From contig JBKHHU010000003.1 in assembly GCA_046539045.1 (NCBI GenBank), positions 1 to 48,126 of the forward strand: a stretch of 48,126 nt of DNA, given 5' to 3'. A program made the translations under genes and the position numbers. The notes beneath the pieces are model-generated. The model was not told the DNA's origin, ran no database searches, and saw only the letters and a list, made by a program, of their open reading frames with translations. This DNA is from Phycisphaerae bacterium. Its GTDB lineage: Bacteria > Planctomycetota > Phycisphaerae > SM23-33. This document shows positions 1 to 10,483 of this stretch, piece after piece (positions within the stretch are counted from its first letter, which is position 1; the number at the start of each line of letters is the position of its first letter).

Positions 1-915
1 CACCTTGCCGGTCGCCTGGTTGCGGACCGGCTGGTTGCTGCCGCGATGGCCGAATTTCAGCTTGTAGGTCTCGGCGCCCACCGCGTGAGCGAGCAGCTGA
101 TGCCCGAGGCAGATGCCGAAGATCGGCACGCGTCCGACCAGTTTCCGCAGAGATTCGATCGTGTACTTCACCGCGGCAGGGTCTCCAGGCCCGTTGGACA
201 CGAACAGGCCGTCGGGATTGTGGTTCAGAACCTCCTCCGCCGTCACCGTCGCCGGGACCACCGTAACATCACAGCCGCATTCCACGAGGTTTCGCAGAAT
301 GTTCGTCTTCGCTCCGCAGTCCATGGCGACGACTTTGAAGACCTTCTCGCCGTGTTCACGGTGCCCTTGGGCGAACGTGCTGTTGTAGCCTTCGGCCCAC
401 TGGTAGCTATCGTTTGGCGTGACGACCTTGACGTAATCGGCACCCTTCATGCTGGGCAGTCCGGCGGCGCGGCGAACCAGTTCGACGTCGTCGAGAATCT
501 CGGTGCTGATCACGCCGTTCATCGCGCCGTCCAGCCGGATGTGACGCGTCAAAGCCCGGGTGTCCACACCGGCGATGCCCATGATCTCTTCGCGCTTGAG
601 ATAGTCGTTGAGTTCTTCACTGGCCCGGAAGTTGCTGACGACCGGCGAAAGCTCCTTGATGACGAAACCGCGAACCTGAACCTTTTTGCTGTAAGATTCG
701 ATGTCCTCGACGTTCACGCCGTAGTTCCCGATCAGCGGATAGGTCATCGTCACGATCTGCCCGGCGTAGGAAGGGTCGGTCAACACCTCCTGATAGCCGG
801 TCATCCCGGTGTTGAATACGACTTCGCCCTCGGTCGTGCCTTCCGCACCGAAACTCGTGCCCGTGAAAACCAGTCCGTCTTCCAGTGCCAGCTTGCAGGT
901 TTTGCCTTCAGCCAT
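1..915 (-). CDS. carA: Carbamoyl-phosphate synthase small subunit (3' end runs off the window)
   Basis: Hand translation of the minus strand from ATG at 915 gives [19 protein letters not shown]...[37 protein letters not shown] and, at the window edge, [12 protein letters not shown]. These are CarA hallmarks. It is absent from the ORF track because there is no stop in the window. Confidence 0.96.
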   Translation of the reverse strand, partial: MAEGKTCKLALEDGLVFTGTSFGAEGTTEGEVVFNTGMTGYQEVLTDPSYAGQIVTMTYPLIGNYGVNVEDIESYSKKVQVRGFVIKELSPVVSNFRASEELNDYLKREEIMGIAGVDTRALTRHIRLDGAMNGVISTEILDDVELVRRAAGLPSMKGADYVKVVTPNDSYQWAEGYNSTFAQGHREHGEKVFKVVAMDCGAKTNILRNLVECGCDVTVVPATVTAEEVLNHNPDGLFVSNGPGDPAAVKYTIESLRKLVGRVPIFGICLGHQLLAHAVGAETYKLKFGHRGSNQPVRNQATGKV

Positions 916-1068
916 GAAAAATCCTCGTTGGGTTCGGTGTTAGCCTTCGTATGTGCTCCAGCGGACGCGGCCAAATTCGCAATGTTGTACAGGATTCACC
1001 TTTGCCATACAACCCAAACCGATGGACAGGACGGCTGTGGGCAAACTTCCGGATAGCCACCGGTGGCT

Positions 1069-1299
1069 TTAAGCCTCTTTCCCGCAACACTTTTTGAATT
1101 TCCTGCCGGATCCACACGGGCAGGGATCGTTTCTACCCGGCTCCCTCTCGGCCTTGATCGGGTCGACCTTCGGGGTGTTGGCGAGAATTTCATCCTCCTC
1201 GTCCAGCACCTCCGGCGGAAGATTTTCGCGAGCCCGCTCACGCATGTCGCTCTTCTGCTTTTTCTTCAGAAATCTGCTGAGAAAACGATCCTTTGCCAT
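1069..1299 (-). CDS. Small stand-alone SEC-C metal-binding motif protein (76 aa)
   Basis: Ends in [21 protein letters not shown]. Lies directly downstream of secA on the same strand. AGGA RBS precedes the ATG. Confidence 0.85.
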   Translation of the reverse strand: MAKDRFLSRFLKKKQKSDMRERARENLPPEVLDEEDEILANTPKVDPIKAEREPGRNDPCPCGSGRKFKKCCGKEA

Positions 1300-1399
1300 G
1301 GTTTCGTTCCTGCATTAAGGAGAAAACGGTGAGGGCATACCGGGAAACCGGTTGTCTTTTCCGGCTGACAAGCAATCCATTTGCTGCATCTGCCGGCCG

Positions 1400-4300
1400 C
1401 TATATGTCTTTTCCACAGCACTTCTTGAACTTCTTGCCGGATCCGCATGGGCAGGGATCATTCCTGCCGACCTTCGGCATATCGCGTTTGATCGTCTGTA
1501 CCTTGGTCTGTTCGGTCGACTGGGCCTGCTCCTCCATCGACTGGGAGAGGTGGTCATAGCCCTGCAACTGCTCGTGAACGGTACTGGTCACTTCGTAGAC
1601 ACTGGAAACCTGCGTCTCGGGGGCCAGCTTGACCTTGAAGATCATGTCGGTGACCTTGTCCCGGATACCTTCCATCATCTCGTGGAACAATCGCGAGCCT
1701 TCGCGTTTGTAGGCCACCTTCGGATCCTGTTCGGCATAGCCCCGCAGGCCGATGCCGCCCTTGAGGTGGTCCATGCTCAACAGGTGATCCTTCCAGCTGC
1801 TGTCGAAGATCTGCAGCAGAACATACCGCTCCAGTTCGGTCATCTCCCGACGGAAGAACTTTCTGCCGGCGGCTACGAGCGTCTCGAACGGCTCATCGTC
1901 CGTCTCTTCAGCATCGAGTTCGGTATCGAACCGCTCTGCCGCAAATTCCACGGCTTTCTCGGTAGAAACGTCCTGGCCGACTACATCCTGCAGGTATTTC
2001 TCCAGATAACCGTCGCCCTGCCACTTCTCGGACTCCGCCAGCAGCAACTGCTGGATCTGCTTGGGACGCATGGTCTGGAACTGTTCGGTTGACGTGTCGA
2101 GTCCATACTTGCGGTTGGCCCAACTTGACAGCATTTCCAGAGCGTAGACGTTCTCCGGGCCGTGAGCGCCCATCGTCATTTCCAGTGCGTGCTCGACCGG
2201 GTATTCGATCTCTCGCTGCCGGTAAAGGTTTTCCACGGCATCGACCAGCTTCCTCTCGATCTCCGCCGGCTCGCCCTTGAGTTCCTCTGTCTTCACTGCC
2301 AGGCCGAACTTCGCCATCGCCCAATCGGCAAGCGATGCCGCGGGGAACTCCTCGGCCAGGTACCGGCTCAATCCGGGCAGTTGGATTTCATCGATCTTCT
2401 CCAGAGCCCGCTCGGTCAGCTCCTGCTCGATTTCTTCCGGCTCCATTTTTCGGAGCTGGTTCTGCGAGATGTTGACACTGAAGCGGCTCATGGCCCAGCT
2501 GCTGAGCCCGCGCAGGTCCCAGTTCTTGCGGTCCACCTCGGGATCCATGTACTCGCCAAGAGTGATGGTGATGGTGGCAGCCGCGTCGTCTTTGGCCCGG
2601 TTCTTGAGCGACCTCTCCAGCGACTCCACATCGTCCGGGCTGGTTCCGCGGATCTGCCGCGGGTCGACCGATACCTGCAACGCCTGACGCGCATACTCGG
2701 CGATGCTGCTGCGGCGATACTCGGGGTTCAGGTACGTCTCGATCGCATCGCCGACCGAGTCATGCACCAGTTCGCGGACGACCGTTTCCAGTCCCTCACC
2801 GTCCAGGATGATCTGCCGCTGGGAATAGAACGCCCGGCGCTGATAGTCCATGACTTCGTCATATTCCAGCAGGTTCTTTCGGGTCTCGAAGTTGCGTTCC
2901 TCGACCTTCCGCTGGGCCCTTTCGACGCCCTTGCTGATGCGTTTGTCTTCGATGGCCTGGTCGCCCTGCAGCCCCAGCCAGCCGAGCACCTTGAGCGTCC
3001 ACTGCCCGGCAAACATCGCCATCAGCTCGTCGCGCAACGACAGGAAGAAGCGGCTGGATCCGGGGTCACCCTGTCGGCCCGACCGACCTCGGAGCTGGTT
3101 GTCGATTCGTCGGGCCTCATGGCGTTCGGTCCCGACCACGTGCAGACCACACGGTACGTCGTCCGGGCATTCGTTGCGTCCGCGCTGGGGGAAATCCGAA
3201 TCGATCTTGGGTTTAAAGCAGTGGCTGCAATTGGTCGACGGGTCGTACTGCTCGCAGTTCATGCAGCACTTGTTGACGCCCGCCGGGTACAGCGGGTCCG
3301 GTTCCAGGCCCAGTTCGCGAATTTTCTCGTCCGATGGGACCTTGCAGTTGCCGAAGACCACGCCCTCGCCGAGCTTGATGTCCGTACCGCGTCCGGCCAT
3401 GTTGGTGGCGATAGTTACCACGCCGACCATCTCCTTGGAATCCTTCTTCCGCGGATGTTGCTGCCCGGCGTTGAGGACGATCTCGCTTTCGCGGACGGCA
3501 TTTTCCAGCCGGCCGTTGAGCACCTGGTGGTCCACGCCGTAGCGGCGTGTCAGCATGTTGGAAATTTTCTCGGATTTTTCGATGCTCGTCGTACCCACCA
3601 GCACAGGGCGACCCTTCTTGGACTCCCGGTTGATCTCCTCGACGATCGAGTTGTATTTTCCGTCCACTTCCGCATAGATGCGGTCGTCGTGATCGATGCG
3701 ATTGACCGGGCGGTGCGTGGGCACGGCCACCACGTCCAGCCCGTAAATCTTCATGAATTCAGTGGCTTCGGTCAGGGCGGTACCGGTCATACCGGCCAGC
3801 TTCCTGTACATCTTGAAATAATTCTGGAGGGTGACCGTCGCCAGGGTCTGGGTCTCTTCCTTGACCTTGACGTTTTCCTTGGCTTCGACAGCCTGGTGGA
3901 GTCCGTCGGACCACTGCCTGCCCTCGAGCAATCGGCCGGTGAATTCGTCGACGATGACGATCCTGCCGTCCTGGACGACGTATTCTTTGTCCTTCTCGAA
4001 CACGAGGTGGGCCCGCATCGCCTGCTCCATCAGGTGCGGCCATTCCATGTTCGCCCCGACGTAGAAGCTGCCCACGCCGGCAATTTCCTGCGCGGCGCCG
4101 ATGCCCTCGTGGGTCAGATGTACGCTCTTCTTGTCCAGTTCGATCTCATAGTATTTGGGCAGTTTGTCCCGCGCTTCCTCGGCCCGGACAAGCTGGTCTT
4201 CAACGTCTTCCAGCTCCTTCTGCAGCTTCTGTTTCTTCTCGCCGGACGCGTTGGACACCTCTCCCTGCAAGGCCTTCCACTGGCGTTCCAGCGTCTGCAC

Positions 4301-5116
4301 CTTCTCCTGGGCCTGGTCGTAGTTCCTGTTCCGCCGGACGAGTTCTCGGGCGATGGAATCGGCTTTGCGGTACAGATCGGTCTGGGAGTGGGCCGGCCCG
4401 GAGATGATCAGCGGGGTCCGCGCTTCGTCGATGAGGATGGAGTCGACTTCGTCGATGATCGCGAATCCGAGCTCGCCCTGCACCTGGTCGACGGCGGAGC
4501 TTTTCATGTTGTCGCGGAGGAAGTCGAATCCGAACTCGCTGTTCATGCCGTACGTGACGTCGCAGGCATAGGCCCGTCGCCGGATTTCCGCCTCCGCGCC
4601 ATAGGCGGGCATGTCGGAGGTGATGTACCCGACGGTCAGGCCCAGCAGTTCGAAGATCGGCTGGGCAAACTCCGCACCGACTTTGACAAGGTAATCGTTG
4701 GTCGTCACGACGTGGGTGTGCATGCCCTGCAGAGCAGCCATGTAGATCGCCGGGTAACAGGCGATGGTTTTGCCCTCACCGGTGGCTTCCTCGGCAATGA
4801 CGCCCTCGTCCAGCACCATTCCCGCCACCAGCTGGACGTCGAAGTGCCGGTGCTTGCGGGCGCGACGGGATGCCTCGCGGACGGCGGCAAACGCCTCGGC
4901 CCGCACTGACGCGGGGGACTGGCCCTGGTCCAGTCGCTCGCGAAGACGCTCGGTGATTTTCGGAAATTCCTCGTCCGGCAGGCCGCGCATCTTCTCCTCG
5001 AGAGGATTGACGCGTTCACGGATGTATTTCAGCTTCGCGCGGACGAGCCGGTCGTTCCGGGATCCGCCGATGAGTTTAAGAAACAGCTTACTGGCAAAAT
5101 TGAGCATGGAATCCAC
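1400..5116 (-). CDS. secA: Preprotein translocase ATPase SecA, extended form (1238 aa; start may be ATG 5107)
   Basis: Motifs [76 protein letters not shown] and a C-terminal SEC-C. Confidence 0.98.
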   Translation of the reverse strand: MDSMLNFASKLFLKLIGGSRNDRLVRAKLKYIRERVNPLEEKMRGLPDEEFPKITERLRERLDQGQSPASVRAEAFAAVREASRRARKHRHFDVQLVAGMVLDEGVIAEEATGEGKTIACYPAIYMAALQGMHTHVVTTNDYLVKVGAEFAQPIFELLGLTVGYITSDMPAYGAEAEIRRRAYACDVTYGMNSEFGFDFLRDNMKSSAVDQVQGELGFAIIDEVDSILIDEARTPLIISGPAHSQTDLYRKADSIARELVRRNRNYDQAQEKVQTLERQWKALQGEVSNASGEKKQKLQKELEDVEDQLVRAEEARDKLPKYYEIELDKKSVHLTHEGIGAAQEIAGVGSFYVGANMEWPHLMEQAMRAHLVFEKDKEYVVQDGRIVIVDEFTGRLLEGRQWSDGLHQAVEAKENVKVKEETQTLATVTLQNYFKMYRKLAGMTGTALTEATEFMKIYGLDVVAVPTHRPVNRIDHDDRIYAEVDGKYNSIVEEINRESKKGRPVLVGTTSIEKSEKISNMLTRRYGVDHQVLNGRLENAVRESEIVLNAGQQHPRKKDSKEMVGVVTIATNMAGRGTDIKLGEGVVFGNCKVPSDEKIRELGLEPDPLYPAGVNKCCMNCEQYDPSTNCSHCFKPKIDSDFPQRGRNECPDDVPCGLHVVGTERHEARRIDNQLRGRSGRQGDPGSSRFFLSLRDELMAMFAGQWTLKVLGWLGLQGDQAIEDKRISKGVERAQRKVEERNFETRKNLLEYDEVMDYQRRAFYSQRQIILDGEGLETVVRELVHDSVGDAIETYLNPEYRRSSIAEYARQALQVSVDPRQIRGTSPDDVESLERSLKNRAKDDAAATITITLGEYMDPEVDRKNWDLRGLSSWAMSRFSVNISQNQLRKMEPEEIEQELTERALEKIDEIQLPGLSRYLAEEFPAASLADWAMAKFGLAVKTEELKGEPAEIERKLVDAVENLYRQREIEYPVEHALEMTMGAHGPENVYALEMLSSWANRKYGLDTSTEQFQTMRPKQIQQLLLAESEKWQGDGYLEKYLQDVVGQDVSTEKAVEFAAERFDTELDAEETDDEPFETLVAAGRKFFRREMTELERYVLLQIFDSSWKDHLLSMDHLKGGIGLRGYAEQDPKVAYKREGSRLFHEMMEGIRDKVTDMIFKVKLAPETQVSSVYEVTSTVHEQLQGYDHLSQSMEEQAQSTEQTKVQTIKRDMPKVGRNDPCPCGSGKKFKKCCGKDI

Positions 5117-5223
5117 TTCCGGGTCGATACTATGATTTCAGTGTGCCGCGTGGGTGTCGGAATGGTACTCGCTCAACGGCTCCATTCCAGGCGCCGCTCA
5201 CCACGCAGCGTCACGGGTTCCTT

Positions 5224-5253
5224 AGTATCGCAGGTACGGGCCCCGCCCGTCAA
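5224..5253 (-). promoter_or_regulatory. Putative sigma70-type promoter for secA
   Basis: Minus strand reads TTGACG-N18-GATACT with a TG extension before the -10. Confidence 0.45.
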
Positions 5254-5262
5254 GCCAACCGC

Positions 5263-5291
5263 TTGACCTAGACAAGAAAGAAACTTACGTT
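5263..5291 (+). promoter_or_regulatory. Putative sigma70-type promoter for the oxidoreductase, divergent from secA
   Basis: TTGACC-N17-TACGTT, about 40 nt upstream of an AAGGAG RBS and ATG 5333. Confidence 0.45.
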
Positions 5292-5332
5292 TTCATGGGG
5301 GCCGGAAAGACTTTCAGTAAAAGGAGTATCTC

Positions 5333-6451
5333 ATGGCAGACGTCAGGCCGCTCGGTTTCGGACTCATCGGCTGTGGTGCCTTCGCTGAATTCACCATGCA
5401 GGCGTTCCAGCAGATTCCCGGCGTCAAACTGGTCGCCGTGGCCGACACATTTCACATGGCCGTCAAGCGGTTCCAGGAAAAGTACGATGTACCCGGCCAC
5501 TATGACGGAGGCGAACTCATCCAGCGCGACGATGTGGACGTGGTGCATATCGCCACCCCACCTTCGAGTCACTACGAACTGGTCATGCAGGCCGTGCGGG
5601 CGGGCAAACATGTCCTTTGCGAGAAACCGTTGGCAATGAACATGCAGCAGGCCAACGCGATGCTCAAGGCTGCGGCAGAGAAGAACCTGATCGTGCCGGT
5701 CAACTTTGTACTCCGCTACAACGAGGTGACCGAAGCGGTCAAGCAGGTTATCGATTCCGGCGTGCTGGGAAAGGTGCTCAGCGCCCGACTCACGAACTGC
5801 GCAGGCGACAGCAAACTCGGACCCGAGCATTGGTTCTGGGACCCAGCCGTCGCCGGCGGGATCTTCATCGAACACGGCGTGCATTTCTTCGATCTGTACT
5901 CGTACTGGTTGGGAGAGGGCAAGGTCATCCACTCCCACACGGAAACGCGGGAAGGAACAACGCAGGAAGACCGCGTAACATGCGAGTTGCGATACCGCAA
6001 CGGCGCCGTCGTCAGCCACTATCACGGATTCGACCAGGTTTCGCTGATGGACCGCACCGACCACCGAATGGTCTGTGAGTTGGGCGATATTCGAGTGGAC
6101 GGCTGGATTCCGCTGACGATGACCGTCGATGCCGTCGTCGACGATGCGGGGCTCGCAAAACTGCAGGAATGCTGTCCCGATGCGCAGATCGAGACGCTCG
6201 AGAAGTATGACGAGGGGACCGGAAGCGTTTCAGGTCGCGGAAAACAGCGGAAAGCTACCGCAAAAGTCCGCCTGACCTATACGCCGACACCGGATAAGCA
6301 GGAAGCATATTCGAACTCCGCGGTTCATCTGCTCAGGGATCAGCTGGAATTCCTCGCCGATCCCTCGCACCAGCGGAAGGTGAACGAGGAGAACGGCCGG
6401 CGGGCTGTGGCGCTGGCGGAGGCGGCGGCGAAAATGGCCCGAAAGCGGTAA
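5333..6451 (+). CDS. Gfo/Idh/MocA family NAD(P)-dependent oxidoreductase
   Basis: GLIGCG Rossmann motif, GKHVLCEKPLA and GGIFIEHGVHFFD. Strong AAGGAG RBS. Confidence 0.92.
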   Translation: MADVRPLGFGLIGCGAFAEFTMQAFQQIPGVKLVAVADTFHMAVKRFQEKYDVPGHYDGGELIQRDDVDVVHIATPPSSHYELVMQAVRAGKHVLCEKPLAMNMQQANAMLKAAAEKNLIVPVNFVLRYNEVTEAVKQVIDSGVLGKVLSARLTNCAGDSKLGPEHWFWDPAVAGGIFIEHGVHFFDLYSYWLGEGKVIHSHTETREGTTQEDRVTCELRYRNGAVVSHYHGFDQVSLMDRTDHRMVCELGDIRVDGWIPLTMTVDAVVDDAGLAKLQECCPDAQIETLEKYDEGTGSVSGRGKQRKATAKVRLTYTPTPDKQEAYSNSAVHLLRDQLEFLADPSHQRKVNEENGRRAVALAEAAAKMARKR

Positions 6452-6453
6452 AA

Positions 6454-6514
6454 ACCGACTCTGCCGGCTGGGATGTGTCGACGCGATGCGTCGATCCCAG
6501 CCGGCAGAGACGGT
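6454..6514. terminator. Long inverted repeat between convergent genes (probable bidirectional terminator or RNA hairpin)
   Basis: ctctgccggctggga pairs with tcccagccggcagag (15 bp), and inner tcgacgc pairs with gcgtcga. It fills the gap between the two stop codons. Confidence 0.65.
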
Positions 6515-6517
6515 ATC

Positions 6518-8305
6518 TTACTTCCACTCCACCGAGAACTGCAGCGTCATAGTGCGCTCGAGGGTTTCTGGGGTGAACACCAGCCGTCGGATGATGTCGC
6601 CAGTCCGCGATTCGGCAATGCTTTCCTCGCGTCGCTCGTCAATGCTGAATGTTCCCGCCTGCTCGGCCCGCAACAGGCACGTGCCGTCGCTCTCGGACCG
6701 GATGGCCACGGCCGATGCGCCGTCATGCAACTCCGGCGACTCGCAGGTGATGAACACATCTTCCAGCGCCGACGGTACGTCGGAGAACTCGAATCGATCA
6801 GTGATCCGAACGGTCCCGTCGTTGCGGTCTGCAGAGAGTTCGCGTCTCAACGACGACAGCGCGGGCAGGAAATACGCGCCCGTCAGGTCCAGCGTGATCT
6901 TCGGGTGCGGATCGTCGTTGAGCCCCTGAACCTGCATGACCCCGGAGAATTCCTGCCCTTCGGTCTGCCCCGTCCCGCAGACGACCGGCACGCTGTGGCC
7001 GAGGGAATTGCAGTAGATGCTTTCATACCGCCGTTTGCTGAACGTCTTCTTGCTGTATACCGGTCCGCCGGGGTCGGTTATGAAAAACGTCTTTCCGCGG
7101 TGGACGATGAACGAGCCGATGTCATTGTGGTTGTGGTGTTCGGCGTTGTGCCCGGCCTTGGCAGCCAGCGTAACCTCGCCCGCCCGGATCTTGACTACCT
7201 GCAGGTCGGGCAGCCAATAGTCGCTCGCATCCTCGACCGGCTCGGGTTGAGACTCTTCTGCCGCCAGCAACGCTTCCAGATAGCTGTGGATACGCGGATT
7301 GCCGTCGAGCGAGCAGAGCCCGTAGAGTTCTGGAAGGTCGTAGAACCGGTTGATGATCTGAACCGTGAGCGGCTCCTGATAGCCCTCTGCCGACGCGTCG
7401 GCAAAGCACAGGTCCTGGCCCCGCCGAACGTTGACCGCCAGCGGATAGCGGCAGATCCGCTTGATCTTCTCCCCCTGCATCAGGTTGATCTGCCCATTTG
7501 TGAAGTCGTACAGAGCCCCGGCCAGGCGCACATACCAGCCGAAACCGAACCGCCAATACCCGGGGCCTTCGGTGCAGCCCCCGTCGTCGGTAAAGCCGTC
7601 GATGAACAGTCCGATGCTGCCCAGGATATCGGCGATGATCTCCGCCAGGCGATGCGGATTGCTTTCCATCAGCATCGCGGCTACCCCGACTGCCCCGTTG
7701 CAGACGGCATTCCAGTTGTTGGTCGTGCCCTTCCACCAGAACGTATAGCGGCTGTCAATGAACGGGGTTAGGACCCGTCGGTCGATCTCCTTCCTGATCC
7801 GATCGACCACTTCGGGCTCCAGTCGATCGCCCAGCAGCTTCACCAGCACGGCCAGGCGGCAGGCCATCATCGCACTGAACAGGTCGATCGGGCCTTCGGC
7901 GGGCTCGCCGTTGCCAGCGGGGCCGGCTTCATGGGCGGGCAGAATCCACCAGGTACTCTCGCACTCGGCCCAGATCAGATCCTGCAGGTAGTCCCATTTG
8001 TCCCGGCCGAGCAGGCACGCGATGGACGCATACTCCATCTGCATGCGACGGTCGAACAGCTTGCTCTCGTAGTTCTTGCGGTCGCCTATGCGGCGGAACT
8101 GTCGAAAGCCGCTGTACGGCAAGACCGGAATCGGCTGATCGTCTGCCAGTTCGACATCGATACGCTCCATCAGCCCGCATTCAAACGCCACTGAAATGCA
8201 ACGCTGCAGGGCCTCGGGGCTGCGATTGACCCACGGAAGCGGGTCGCTGCCAGAACTGTCGAGAATCACACTACGAACGCGGTCCGGAGGGAGGTCCAAA
8301 ATCAC
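6518..8305 (-). CDS. Heparinase II/III-like protein (alpha/alpha barrel plus beta domain; putative oligosaccharide lyase)
   Basis: Motifs NNWNAVCNG, DGGCTEGPGYWRFGF and KAGHNAEHHNHNDIGSF. Start moved to GTG 8305, which follows an AGGAG RBS. No signal peptide seen. Confidence 0.8.
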   Translation of the reverse strand: MILDLPPDRVRSVILDSSGSDPLPWVNRSPEALQRCISVAFECGLMERIDVELADDQPIPVLPYSGFRQFRRIGDRKNYESKLFDRRMQMEYASIACLLGRDKWDYLQDLIWAECESTWWILPAHEAGPAGNGEPAEGPIDLFSAMMACRLAVLVKLLGDRLEPEVVDRIRKEIDRRVLTPFIDSRYTFWWKGTTNNWNAVCNGAVGVAAMLMESNPHRLAEIIADILGSIGLFIDGFTDDGGCTEGPGYWRFGFGWYVRLAGALYDFTNGQINLMQGEKIKRICRYPLAVNVRRGQDLCFADASAEGYQEPLTVQIINRFYDLPELYGLCSLDGNPRIHSYLEALLAAEESQPEPVEDASDYWLPDLQVVKIRAGEVTLAAKAGHNAEHHNHNDIGSFIVHRGKTFFITDPGGPVYSKKTFSKRRYESIYCNSLGHSVPVVCGTGQTEGQEFSGVMQVQGLNDDPHPKITLDLTGAYFLPALSSLRRELSADRNDGTVRITDRFEFSDVPSALEDVFITCESPELHDGASAVAIRSESDGTCLLRAEQAGTFSIDERREESIAESRTGDIIRRLVFTPETLERTMTLQFSVEWK

Positions 8306-8489
8306 GGAAAGCTCCTGAAAAACGAGGCTGTCTGCGACAATGAAAACGACACAGTCACCCATGCTAACCGCCAGCGGCGACTTGGCAATAACCAGGATGC
8401 CATTTCGGGTCTGGTTAATTCGCTCTCCACAACGCGCCTGACTCTGCTATCATAAAGAAGATCACTTCTCGACCCTCATCGAGGACTCA

Positions 8490-8810
8490 ATCATAATTCG
8501 CAGGGGTTTTACTTTAATCGAGTTGCTCGTCGTAATCGCCATTCTGGGGCTTCTGGTGACCATGCTGGTACCGTCGCTCGGACAGGTCATGGACCTGGCC
8601 CGAATGACCAAGTGCAGCAGCAACCTCCACGCGATCGGCAGAGCGTCTTACATCTACTCGACGGAAAATGACGGCTTCATGGATGGCCACGCCGAGTCCA
8701 GACAGATGACTCCGAAAGATCTGCCGACGAGACTGCTGGATCCGGAAATGGACTGAAGTTGTACCCCGACTGGGACGATGCGAGAGCTTTCTGTTGCACC
8801 CCGTCGCCGC
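8490..8810 (+). pseudogene. Remnant of a prepilin-type N-terminal methylation (DUF1559-like) gene
   Basis: In-frame RRGFTLIELLVVIAILGLLVTMLVPSL...ARMTKCSSNLHAIG. There is no ATG/GTG/TTG between the upstream stop (8439) and GFTLIE, and the frame stops at 8756 after fewer than 90 codons. Confidence 0.7.
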
Positions 8811-8860
8811 TGCACGCACAATACCTCCGCACTCGAAGAATCGACTGTGAGAGGAAGAAT

Positions 8861-9553
8861 ATGCTGGAGCAAATGAAGCGGGATGTCTGCCGGGCCAACC
8901 TGCGACTGGTGCGGGAAGGCCTGGTAATCCTGACGTGGGGCAATGTCAGCGGCATCGACCGCGAGAGCGGACACATCGTCATCAAACCCTCGGGCGTTTC
9001 CTATGAGAACATGCAGCCGGAACAGATGGTCGTGGTTTCGCTGAAGTCGGGCGAGCCGGTCGAAGGGGACCTCCGGCCTAGCAGCGACACCGAGACGCAC
9101 CTGACGCTGTATCGGGCCTTTCCGGAAATTGGTGGGATCGTACACACCCACAGCCTGCACGCGACGGCCTGGGCCCAGGCCCGCCAGGAGATACCCGCGC
9201 TGGGCACTACCCACGCCGACAGTTTCTACGGTTCGATACCCTGTACGCGGCAACTCACGCCCGATGAGATCAGAAACCGGTACGAGGCCAATACCGGAAA
9301 GGTCATCGTCGAGCGCTTTGAAGAAATCAGCTCCGAACACTTCCCGGGCGTGCTGGTTGCCAGTCACGGCCCGTTCACCTGGGGCCCGACCGCCGACCAA
9401 GCCGTCACCAATGCCGTAATCTTGGAATACCTCGCCCGCCTCAGTACCGAGACGTTCCACATCGCTGACGACACTGCCGTAATGCAACAGGAACTGCTGG
9501 ACAAGCACTTCCTCCGCAAGCACGGCCCGGACGCCTACTACGGGCAGAAGTAG
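8861..9553 (+). CDS. araD: L-ribulose-5-phosphate 4-epimerase (class II aldolase family)
   Basis: [44 protein letters not shown] and the C-terminal [23 protein letters not shown] before ATG 8861. Confidence 0.95.
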   Translation: MLEQMKRDVCRANLRLVREGLVILTWGNVSGIDRESGHIVIKPSGVSYENMQPEQMVVVSLKSGEPVEGDLRPSSDTETHLTLYRAFPEIGGIVHTHSLHATAWAQARQEIPALGTTHADSFYGSIPCTRQLTPDEIRNRYEANTGKVIVERFEEISSEHFPGVLVASHGPFTWGPTADQAVTNAVILEYLARLSTETFHIADDTAVMQQELLDKHFLRKHGPDAYYGQK

Positions 9554-9666
9554 AAGCCCGACTGAAGCCCCCCTGCCGGTGAGCCGGTCAGGGCCAGCGG
9601 CGTTTCCACTGGCAAAGCGCCGCCCAATCCCTACAATAACGTCGTAATTACTGGAGTTTGGAAGAC

Positions 9667-10389
9667 ATGGCAGGACTGGGCGTCAACATCGACCACGTGG
9701 CCACGATTCGCGAGGCACGCAAGACCAACGAGCCGGACCCGGTGTGGGCTGCGGCAGAGGCGGAACTCGCCGGCGCGGATTGCATCACGTTCCATCTTCG
9801 CAAGGACCGCCGACACATTCAGGACCGCGACGCGAGTCTCCTCAAGGAGACCGTCAAGTGCAAGCTGAATATGGAGATGTCCATGGACGAAGAGATCGTG
9901 CAGATCGCCCTGGATCTCAAGCCCGAGCAGGCCACGCTGGTCCCTGAGAATCGTCAGGAAGTCACTACCGAGGGCGGGCTGGACTGCATCGCCACCGGTG
10001 AGCGGTTCAGTGAGGTGACCCGGATGCTGACCGATGCAGGCATCATCGTCTCGGCCTTCATCGATCCGGTCGAGAAGCAGATCGACGCCGCAAAAGAGGC
10101 CGGGTGCGAAGCTGTTGAGATTCACACCGGCGCCTATGCCAACGCCACTGATCCCGAGCAGATCCAGCGCGAACTGGAGATGATCGAAAACGCCCTGGAG
10201 TACGGCATCAGGACCGGACTGGTCGTGCACGGCGGACACGGTCTGACCTACAATAACATTGCTCCTGTGGCAGCGATGGACGAGTTCGACGAGTTCAACA
10301 TCGGCCACTCCATCATCAGCCGGGCGGTGTTCACCGGTCTTCGGGAAGCCGTCAGCGAAATGAAAACGCTCATCATCGCAGCCGGTTGA
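9667..10389 (+). CDS. pdxJ: Pyridoxine 5'-phosphate synthase
   Basis: LGVNIDHVATIREAR, HLRKDRRHI, TTEGGLD, GHGLTY and NIGHSIISRA. Confidence 0.97.
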   Translation: MAGLGVNIDHVATIREARKTNEPDPVWAAAEAELAGADCITFHLRKDRRHIQDRDASLLKETVKCKLNMEMSMDEEIVQIALDLKPEQATLVPENRQEVTTEGGLDCIATGERFSEVTRMLTDAGIIVSAFIDPVEKQIDAAKEAGCEAVEIHTGAYANATDPEQIQRELEMIENALEYGIRTGLVVHGGHGLTYNNIAPVAAMDEFDEFNIGHSIISRAVFTGLREAVSEMKTLIIAAG

Positions 10390-10483
10390 CTATCGCCCGA
10401 CGCAACGGCCCGGGCCCATCTGTTCCAGGCTCCAATCGGAACAAACAGTAGTAGAAATTCCAGAAACACGAGGTACTTTTACG

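Noticed and set aside
46-1056. 336-aa plus-strand ORF
   Set aside because: It is the antisense shadow of carA, which is clearly recognisable on the minus strand.
1055-1068. Perfect 14-bp palindrome AGCCACCGGTGGCT upstream of carA as an operator
   Set aside because: It is a single GC-rich occurrence abutting a stop codon, and no cognate regulator or second site was seen.
2162-4909. 915-aa plus-strand ORF and similar long antisense ORFs (14027-16423, 12285-13655, 31058-32422, 34361-35764, 38772-40304)
   Set aside because: These mirror frames of real genes are expected in GC-rich DNA with strong codon bias, and they have no recognisable motifs.
8754-8756. Selenocysteine read-through of the TGA in the prepilin-like ORF
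   Set aside because: The position is not a Cys-like site, no SECIS-like hairpin is evident, and the protein-like sequence continues in a different frame.
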